From assembly GCF_964355755.1 (NCBI RefSeq), contig NC_092673.1, positions 8,122,001 through 8,186,000 of the forward strand: a DNA stretch of 64,000 bases, in the 5' to 3' direction. Source of the DNA: Antedon mediterranea (Eukaryota; Animalia; Echinodermata). The position numbers were made by a program, and so were the translations under genes. Shown one piece after another: positions 21,834 through 64,000 of this stretch. How positions within the stretch are numbered: the first letter of the stretch is position 1; each line of letters starts with the position of its first letter. The notes beneath the pieces are model-generated. The model saw only the letters and a program-made list of their open reading frames with translations, was not told the origin of the DNA and made no database searches.

Positions 21834-24705
21834 AGATTAGCTCTTTGATTAAACACCTCTTCCAATGCAGTGAAAATCTTAAGTGTCGCCTTGTCTTACT
21901 AATCTTCCTTAACTTCTCTTTGAACGATCGTAATCAATATTTGTTGAGGTATAATATTTCCCTCTAATATGGTAATGCTTGTTTTATTGAGTCAAATGCT
22001 TTCTGATAATTTCTAAATCAAAGATTTGGTGATATTCATTTCCTTTTTATTTTAGTTGATTGACAAACTGTATAAGATGGTCCTACTGTATAAAGCCTTA
22101 TATATTGGTTTATTTACTTCTAGTAGGTCTCTGATTTTGTTTTTTGATTACTTTTGTAAATTATTTGTGTACATGTGATAATGTTCGTTTGGTCGGTAAT
22201 AGTTGATGTCAGTTTTGTCATGTTTTTGTGGATTAAAGTATAATTATCATTGCTTCTCTTAATTTCTTCTGGTTTCAAAGATTTTGTTGTATAGTGTTAT
22301 GAGCTGGATGTGTTATTGCCTCATCAAGCCAAGATGGTAATTTTGACTGCTCACTGGTTTGTTTTCCTTTTATATTCCACTACAGTATGTTCTTGAAAAG
22401 AAATCAGCTTTGTAATTAATTTGTCTTTGATCCTTTTCAGATTTCTAATATTTTAAACATATGTTTTTCTTTTCTTCGCTTTTTCCTCACTGTTTCAAAC
22501 ATTTTATTTTTTCAGCATACTCCAAGCAATTAATTGATAATTAGGTCATATGTTTTATGAGTATCAAATCGCATTGGTTAATTCTTCTTTTCTTTCTTAA
22601 GGATCCTGATTTTCTTTGTTTTTTTTAAAATGTTATTTAACTTTAAGTTTATCTAATTTTTTGTTGATATTAAGTGTTGCTCTTACGGTGTAGGCCTACC
22701 ATGCGATGGAATTATATATTTAAATTAAATTAAACATTAAGTTTTAAGAAAATTGTAAAAGGCTAAATAGGATATTGAATGTAGTTCTGGTCCACTAAAT
22801 CTATATTTTAGGTATATTATTATATGACACACGCACGCTTAACAGTATATCCTGGTCATACCTCAAACTGGCATTTCCAGTAAAAATATGATAACATCTT
22901 CTATTAGAGCTAATATAAATGTTTACATTTTGAACATTTTGACACCAAGTTGAACTTTTTATGACATTTGGTTACAGAGATACAGACATATTTAAACATT
23001 AAAGGTCAAAGGTCAGTAAATGACAATTCCTGTGGATTTGGAAGAACATGTTTAATTAGAGTATATATAAATATGTATGCTCTTAACAATTTGAAACAAA
23101 TTTCAAGAAATTTTGACCAGTAGTTATTGAGATATAGTAAGCCGAGGTCAAAGGTCAAAACATTGAGAAATTACATTTCCGGTCGTTTTTTTGAAAAAAG
23201 TTCTATTAGAGCGAATATAAATATGTACCCTCTGATCTATTTGACACCAATATCATTTCAATTGTCAAACCCGTTGCGGAGATATGGCTGTTTAAGATAG
23301 AAATATAAAAATTGAGGTCAGAGGTCACAGAGGTCAAATCAGATTTCCAGTAACTTTGTTTTGGTATCTCCATATCATGTTCTATCAACATGCCAAAGGG
23401 CACACTTGTATCCACTATGGTAACATCATTTCCCCTTAGGGACTGGACTAAAACTAACTAAAATGAAACTTAACATTCGCTATAGTGGTTCTAAACTATT
23501 CAATAATCTACCTCCCGAAATTTCGTCATCGTCTTCTAGCAAAATGTTCTCTTTTAAACTTAAAGAATATCTTATTTCAAATTATAACTAATTGTTTTCT
23601 CTATTTTGTTATATTTTTTTTTTTTTTTTTTTAACTTTAGAAACTTTTTCGAAATTGCTTCCTTTTCTGTTGGTGTGTGTGTGTCTGTTGATCTTTTTGT
23701 GTATGTGTAGTTATATGTTTACATTTATATATATAAGTATATAATATTCTTACATGGCTTCCCAACATACAAGTTTCAATTGGATTTTTGTTTCCAATTG
23801 ATCGATACTTTCTTGGGTTTTTTTGCCTCTTTCATTTTGTATATAACTGAATCATCTTTTTATACATTATGATTTACTGTATTATATCTCTAAAAAAAAA
23901 ATATATATATATTTATTTATAAAATATCAGGAATTATAATGTTTTTTTACTCAAATATGAATGAAAGAAATAAATGTTTATTTGAATTTGAATTTGAATC
24001 TATGGGTAGGCACAGCTTCAAGACACTCCTCGATCATTGTTCTGGTCAATCTTGATTTCAGAAAGGTCATTGTTGCAATACCAGAGTTTGTATTAAAAAA
24101 TATTTAAAGACATTATAAACCCCAGCATGATTCGAACCATGTAGGTAAAGCTAATACCAAAAGTTAAAAAAAACCATATCTTTCAACATGCTCCCTCTAT
24201 GGAAATATTTTGCCAAGTGATTCACTCAGTTTCTGAATGCTTTCATTTGTTTGTTACTGGATTACAAGTAATTGCAAAATCTTTACCAAAATGAAAATAC
24301 AAATAGATATCATTTTGGAAGCAATCCGGACCAGGGTCCTAATTCTGAACCAGTTTTTAGTGTTATTTTCAGTGTTTAGGTGACAATCAAAGCCGATGAG
24401 CAGTCTTAAAGTAACAAGTAAACTGAAATTGTATTTTCTCGAGAACTAACTTCATTTTTTTACAAGAGGCAAGAGTTATAATTTGTGAATTGTAATTTTT
24501 GATTTAATGTACAGGTTTTAGGTTTAAAAAACCCTATTTCTTTTCAAATTCACCCGTTTGTTTTGGCCTTCTGTTCTATTGTTAGTCAACTGAAACTATT
24601 CGCATACACAATAATGGTTACAGTAAATCTTCTAATTAGGTTATTATTCTTTGATTGTTTTTGAGAGTTGGTCACTATTACTAATCACCAGAAGAACCAT
24701 AATTA

Positions 24706-27700
24706 TAGTCCAGTCAATCTAATGATATACCCACCACAAATTGCAATAGTAACAAAGCTAGTATTTTTGAATTCTATATAATGTGTAGAACGACATACTA
24801 AAAGTCACCGAAAATCCAAGCATTGGGTCAAGGGTCAGAGGTCAATAAAGGTCATTTTAAGTCAAAATTAATATGCCCCATTATTTACATATATTTAACC
24901 ATTTAAAATACATTATATACAAGTGGAATTTATGTCATCCGAAAGCTTATTAAATTTCCTATTCAGTGATATCAAACTTATAGTCATAACATTTTATTTA
25001 GAATGTCATTTTTGCGGAAAAACACAACATAATGTGTCAATTTTGGCTAAAAATGTTGTTTTCGCTGTAAACAACAATGGTATACACACAGGGATACCCT
25101 GGGGTGAACATTTCAGTCGAACGCGATACACATGACCAGTTCAAGATGCAGATGAGTGACATATCCGTTCCTGTTGCTTCTGGATGATCTACATTCCATT
25201 TTTTCCAGATGGCATTTGTGTTGCCATGGTTATAGTATTTATATTGGGATGTATAAGTATTTTAACGATTTTTTAACCAGTAGAAATACAAAGATGTTCA
25301 ACAGCAGTTTGACAATGACCTCCATGTTGTATGACGTTCGGACCATCTGGGCTGGATTGTCAACAGACCTGGTGATTGAAAAAGTTTCTATGAGAAGCCT
25401 CAAAGAAAACCAAAGGTTTGACAAGAGAATATAGGAATGCCTACATCCAGACCAATTCTGCGCTGAAATGTATGTAATGTCTTGTATTATAGTATCAGGG
25501 CGTTACTCCAGCAGCGGCCAACATAAGACCTTATGGCCACACGTCAGGAACACAATGGCAATTGAAAAATCCATTTGGTTACGACTCAGAGACTTCATAC
25601 CATTGACACGGGAGTTACTGCAGGTGACTTGGAATATTAACAATGTGGTATTAAGCATTGAATATTTTGGCCAGAAAGTCTTGCAATGTATTCAAGATCC
25701 TGGCAATAAAGTCATATGTGTGCAATCCTACAGTTCCAGAGGTGACTCGAGGTGACTTTGTTATCCACCAGCACTTTTTGAAACTACCAACTTACAATAC
25801 TTTCGGCTAATAAACCAACATGATGCCACGTGGAAACAACTTCTTCTGAATAGTCTAATACATCCAACTCACTGAATAATGTCCAGTAGGCCTACAATTT
25901 AGATGGTAGTCCTCTACTGTACAGCATTCCATGGAATAGTGTAGAGATCTGTAAAAAATATTGCTCTGCATAGTCTTTGATAATTATGAAAGCGGCTCAT
26001 CCACCAAAGACGGCGCACATGGTAAGGCGGGTCAGGTGGTAGTGTCCCTGTACATTTTACCACAAAATAGGATCACTTTCTGTAACAAACAACAATTTAT
26101 AAATCTTCGTAACTAGTATTTGAACAACATGGCAATGAGTGAATGCAGCTGCTGATGCAGATGTTCTTTCGGATAGTACAAAAAAACCATTGAATCAGCA
26201 AACAGGAAAACATCTGTCATTATCCGATGACACGGATCTACTAGTGCTCCTCTGCAGTCAAGCATTTAAAACATCTTGTGATATTCTTTAGACTGGAGCT
26301 GAGATGCTGGACTATCAAACTGGTTCAAACAGTACATTTGAGAGACATCTGTGATAACCTTCTGTTTGCTCATGCGATACTGGTGACACAACATCCAGAG
26401 TTTTCGGAATTGGAAAACAAGTGGCTCTAAAAAAAAAGCTTGTCATTGCACTTATTTCTGACATTATGCTGTAGTCTTCAGATGCAAACAAGCTAAAAAG
26501 GATGACATTGTGGTTGCTAGAGAAAATGGTTTAGTGCATCTGTACAATGGACTACCTGGACAACGTGGAATGCCTTTGACTCCATCCCATCTACAAGTAC
26601 AACCTCGCATATCGCCAACTTCATAATCGTACCACAACCAAGGTACTTAACAACATGTTCAAGTTCAAGTTATCTTTTAGCAATGGAGTGGGGTTGATTA
26701 TGTGTACCGAGGATTGGGGATGGAAGATCAATGATGGAAACATGGTTCCTCTACACACAGACTTAAAGCCAGAACCTGAGTATCTCCTTGAAGCATTCAG
26801 GGGTAACTAGAACTACATGTGGTGAATGCAATGGCATTGCACTGTACTAATACCCGAACAAGAAAGTGATACTGATGACATATTTGTGAGTCCTTTTCTA
26901 TTTGAAGGATTAAACAATATCATCCCACACGGAGCAATTCAAATAAAAAGGTCTGGATTAAAATGATCTTACAAAATATACAAAAATATCACAATATACA
27001 GTACAATATAACAAGAGTCAAAGTTCAAGAATTTAAGAGTCGAATGGCAACTGGCAAAAACGAATTTCTTTTCCAGTTTGTTCTACATGCCGGGCATTGA
27101 AAGAGACGCCCATGAGGCATGAGCTCGAAATCACTGAACAAGGCATGGTTAACATTTTTTAGAATAGCTATACTTTTTTCTAGAGTTTGCATGTCACAGA
27201 AGGAAGATAAGCTACGAAGTTGACAACCTATTAATTTAGAACTTAAGTTAACAATTCTTTGTAGTGAGTTTCTTTCTTTGACCCTAAGACCAAAAAACCA
27301 GCATATAAAGGAAAAAAGTTAAAACGTTCTCAATAAAGGAATTATAAAAAACCATGAGAATTACTTTATCGACATTAAAATGGTTCAGCTTTTCCTCTCT
27401 TTACTATTGCCTCTGTATTTAATTCCCAGCTGAGATTGTTCTCAAATATAGTACCTAGGTATTTAAAGGAATGGACAATATCGCTGGTTCGTCATTTGTG
27501 GGGGATACCAGAGGGCTGCGTCCTTTCTCCTTCCTAAAATCTACAATTATCTCCTTGGTTTTGGTCACATTGAGTTTCAAGTAGGAGTTTCCACAAAATT
27601 GGATAAAACCATCTAATGCGGAACCATGACCGTCCTGTGAAGTTTGAAGGAGAGACAGCAAGACAGTGTCGTCAGCAAATTTGAAAAGATGACTATTGTC

Positions 27701-28775
27701 CTGTTTGCTCCGACAGTCATCCGTGTATATAATATACAGGAGAGGAGAGAAGACGCAACCCTGCGAAGATCAATTACTTGTCATTACGTACATTCGTTGA
27801 TACTAAAATTATCAACAATCTATCTATAGTAAATCAAATTATCAAGACTCATTAATTAATCAACAATAGTACATACCACTAATGAATTTCAATTTTCTTC
27901 TAGCTAGCATCATTTTTCCTATTTCATGACGATACAATAGGTACAGGAAAAACATTATTTGCACCAAATACTTCCAAAATATAAATATAATATATATAAA
28001 CATAATTTAGTTTTACGCTATTTTAAGAAAATTTGAGTTTTTGTAAAAGGTCAATGACCTTTTGACCTCTAGTTACGTATAACTGTTGTATTAATTGTTT
28101 TTTTAATGTATATTATTAGTAGGATATATATACTCTACACATTGGTACTAAAGCTATTTAGATATGATTATAAAACAATGGATTATAGGCATAAATGCTA
28201 TACCCCCTACCCCAAAATTGTTTACATTTGATAAAGAATCAATTTCAATAAGAATAGTACATCATTACTTTTAAAATTCTTCTAGTTAACATCATGTTTC
28301 CTATTTTATATATCGATAGGTACAGATAAAACACAATTTTGATTAAATGCATATACAATTATGGCACAATATTACAGTTAATCATTTTTTTAAGGAAAAA
28401 AATAAGTTTTTGTAAAAGGTCAATAACCTTTTGACCTCTAGTTATATAAATAAATGTTGTATTTTGTTTTTTTAAATTGCATATTAGAAAGAAATATATA
28501 TTCTACACATTAATATCAAGATTATTGAGATTGGATTATAAAACCAGAAGCTATGGGCATAAATGTTACCCCCTACCCCAAAATATTTATGGAATAAAAT
28601 CGATCACTATATAGTTGTTGAGATTACCTAAAAAATAATGTGTTCCAATGCTTCAATTTTCGGTGACTTTTAATATGTCATTATAAACTACATTTTGAAT
28701 GAAAAAATTAATGTTTCGTTACTATTGCAATTTGTGGTGGGTTTACCTCTAAATATCACTAGATTGACTGGACTA
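24706..28775 (+). mobile_element. Degenerate AcademX DNA transposon (transposase plus XPG/FEN1-like nuclease remnant)
   Basis: TIR tagtccagtcaatcta.tgatat / atatcactagattgactggacta, 3-bp TSD TTA. Coding relics at about 25080-26880: WAGLSTDLVIEKVSMRSLK, QY.LDG..LL..IPW, ADADVL, DDTDLLVLL, LLFAHAI..DTTSRVFGIGK (H3TH-like), WGW...P..TDLKP.PE.LL, CGEC.G. Confidence 0.85.
27030..27770 (-). mobile_element. 5'-truncated Rex1/Babar- or L2-type LINE inserted in the AcademX remnant
   Basis: Minus strand: SQGCVFSPLLYIIYTDD, KFADDT, LKLNVTKTKEIIVDFRK, KYLG, terminal GRLF..P.CRTN.KRNSFLP.AIRLL. Confidence 0.8.
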
Positions 28776-28956
28776 TTACAGAGCCATATTGCTCTGCATA
28801 ATTAACACATGTTACGCCCTCTATTAAATAATGATTTAGTAGTCTTCCTACCTACATCATAGCAGCCGTTTTTTAGGTACACACAACAGGCGTACGTCGT
28901 ACGTGCGCGACGCGAAATTATTTTTACACAACCGTTAAAAAAAACATACAAGGAAG

Positions 28957-61304
<32,348 letters not shown>

Positions 61305-63599
61305 ACAAATTAATTGATGTTAGAATAAACAAAACAACATCCGAGACCCATCATTTCCTTAATGTATATTATTGTCTCGTATTATTAGATTAAAACGCTG
61401 ATTAATGGGTAATGAAGATGTTTGGTTTTGAAATGTTCTGTTTTTGTTTTATTTCTTGGTGTTGGCATAACAAACTACTTTGTTGTTGCAGAGTTTTTGA
61501 TTGTGAATTTATTGTGTTGTGATGTGGATAAGTTTGAAGCCACGATTATCTGTCTGAATGTGGTGGTAATTTCTCATTCTGGAATCAACCAGTTATTGAA
61601 TTAATTAATTTCTATGTCCTATTGAATTTACTTAAACAGTTGAAATTACTTTAATTTAATATGATTTCCTTAATCATTTTGTATAGACCTTTAATACTCA
61701 TTTTTCCCATGCATTTTTTGAAATATTTTTCTTACTGGTTTTGTTTTATTTCAGTGGAATTTTGGTTGTATTTGTTCTTTTTTTGAATTGGATCAATGTT
61801 GTTATCTCTCTTAGTTGACAAGTAAAAATTTGTTTTACTACCATTTTTGTTATTTGTTACTTATTATTGTTACAACATTGCATAAATTAAGGGTATTTGT
61901 AAAATATGTGCTTTAAAGAATTTAGGGATGAGAAATGATAGCAGCTGTGGAATGGTTTGCATGCAAATTGTACTGTATACTGTATTAAAATTACCTTTAT
62001 CATAAAAGCAATATGTTTATTTATTAATGTTTTCCTATATTTTATTCTGTCTGTCTTTCAGTGCTACAATATACACATATTATTTTGTATATATTTTGAT
62101 TAATTCCTAGTTTGATTTAATTCTAAATAAATATGTATTAAACTATTAATACTAATTTGTAATCTATTTAGCTATTATCAACAATGTAGTAGAAATATAT
62201 ATATATTGGTATAAATGCTGATACTACCTTATGTTTATTATTTGACAGATTTTGTGCTTAATAAGGTTTGTAGTTAAAGGTTAGCAATTTTCTTGGGTAA
62301 CATTTATTGACCATAATTTGTTTATACTGTATTTCAAGAGAAAAAATGTTGTGGTTTAGTTTATTGTTTTATAAAGATATTTTAGTAAACCATTATAAGA
62401 CTGTTTGATATCAGTATTATTCATATTTTATTTTTTATTTATGGAGATAGCATATTATGCAAAATGAAATTTATCATAAACATTGGTTGCATATAAAAAA
62501 AGTGAAAATGTATTACTGCTGGGATCCTAAAATAAAAATGTGGGTGAAATCACAGTCAATAGAAAGTAAATGACTATGGTGAAATGTTTGCACTCTCATA
62601 CACAATCTCACTGTAATGTTTAATAACTGGTGTATCCAACTAGAATGCTATTTTGTAGCTTATACAGAGAGTTGAGAGAACTTAGGAGTTTGTGCTTGAA
62701 TATTATTTTATGTTTAACCAGGGAGTCATATCCAAGCATTATACAAATAATTAAAGATGTATTGTTCCCAAAAACATTAATGAAATAAAAAAAATCAGAC
62801 TTTGAATAGACCATTTTACAGTTTTAATAAAGTTGTTCACTTTCGGATTTTATTAATCTTCATTTTTCATCATTGTGTTGCACAACATTTTTACCAAAAC
62901 TTGAATGATGCAATTTACCCAAATAAAGCATGTCACGTTATACATAATCAACCAATCATAGCAAGGATGCACACCCATATGGTCTAATAATAGGTTGTCT
63001 GCCTAATGAGTCTGTCAGATGCCCTAGTAAGTGAGAGCATAAAAAACTGTTCACTATATTGCCAATACTGCTTCTTCATACTGTATGTGTGTAAAGATTT
63101 TATCTCTGTCTCTGATACAATTTGCAAGTTTTGCTTTATATTGTGTAAAATATTTGTTTATCAATTATCATAAACGCTTTATTTTTATACTGTATTAATT
63201 TTTCTGAAATTAGTTCACATTTCATTAGATTTTATGTGTATGTACATTTCTTAATTTATTACAGTGTAGCAAATTTCATTATTTTCTGTAGCTTTAAAAT
63301 GAATATATTGTGATGAATATTGTAATGAAATGTACATTGTAATTGTTAAACATTTTACGAAAAATGTATGATTTCTCGAAAACATTACATAGGATAGCAT
63401 TATTCATTAATTTGTTTTCTGTGTAAAAATTGCATTTGTTGTAGTAAATTTACTAAATGTATATATCTTATGCAATTTCTAAACTATTATATGTAATCAC
63501 AGATACTTGTCCTAGTGTAGTATACATGCATAGGCATTTAGAGCTATTAAAGAAATTTGTCCATGGAGCTATACTAACTATATTTATATATATAATATG

Positions 63600-64000
63600 T
63601 TGTGCCCAAGTGCAGTTAAAAGATTCATTTTGAGCTATTCTGGAGAGACCTGTCAAGTGTGTCATAGTGCAGTTATAGATGCCTAGGCATTGTGAGCTCT
63701 TCTGGGAAGACAGCGATTTATGTCCTAGTGCAGTTAAAGATGCCTAGACATTTTGAGCTATTCTGGGAAGACATAGCAAGTATGCCATGATGCAGTTAAA
63801 CATACATGCATTTACAGCTATTCTGGGAAGACATAGCGAGTATGCCATAATTGTGCAGTTAAACACGCCTATGCATTTAGAGCTTATCTGGGAAGACATC
63901 GCAAGTATTCCATAGTGCAGTTAAACATGCCTATGCATTTAGAGATTTTCTGGGAAGACATAGCAAGTATTCCATATTGCAGTTAAACATGCATAGGCAT
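63600..64000. repeat. Roughly 57-bp tandem repeat running off the window end
   Basis: Unit gtgcagttaaa...gcattt.gagct.ttctgggaagaca..gcaagtat recurs about 7 times. Confidence 0.9.

Larger units (their letters stand above)
19118..23450 (+). mobile_element. Non-autonomous Academ-like DNA transposon, copy 2 (two nested insertions)
   Basis: Same TIRs as 6996-9974, 3-bp TSD AAA, near-identical body apart from small indels and the inserts at 20397-20990 and 21011-21833. Confidence 0.88.
19069..23999 (+). mobile_element. 5'-truncated L2/Crack/Daphne-like LINE 3' end (19069-19117 + 23454-23999), split by Academ-like copy 2
   Basis: Removing the insert and one AAA TSD gives the in-frame peptide YNTRASRDLHLPQPKLTKMKLNIRYSGSKLFNNLPPEI...FKLKEYLISNY*, then a 3' UTR, aataaa and a (ttgaat)n tail. 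Confidence 0.75.

Noticed and set aside
6996-23450. Composite transposon carrying the ballast-domain gene between two Academ-like copies
   Set aside because: Each copy has its own TSD (ATT versus AAA) and interrupts a different LINE, so these are independent insertions. They could still promote deletion by ectopic recombination.

Overview
AT-rich, repeat-dense metazoan genomic DNA with spliceosomal introns; an invertebrate, possibly an echinoderm-like deuterostome (inferred from Deu/Nin-type SINEs and intron style, not established). Three apparently intact + strand genes are readable: (1) a single-exon RING/B-box/coiled-coil TRIM with a C-terminal membrane anchor (1191-2543); (2) a 3-exon, 235-aa protein made of an acidic N-terminus plus a free-standing P2X7-C-terminal ('ballast'/nanor/KolX-like) Cys-rich domain (11630-17160); (3) a 14-exon GPR107/GPR108-family gene of about 562 aa (28957-61304). 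Its 19.5-kb intron 2 holds what looks like a decayed, spliced antisense gene. The rest is nested transposons, many with TIRs and TSDs readable by eye: AcademX remnant plus two non-autonomous Academ-like copies carrying an RTE RT relic, AcademH-like, Sola2, Kolobok-like TTAA MITEs, hAT, pogo MITEs, Harbinger, foldbacks, Helentron-derived HINE/DINE-like elements, CR1, Rex/L2 and Crack-like LINE fragments, SINEs, a repeated tRNA-Asp(AUC)-like unit and minisatellites. Short TA-xxx-TA scars that look like excision footprints are common. All family calls come from recalled motifs and terminal structure; no database search was run.
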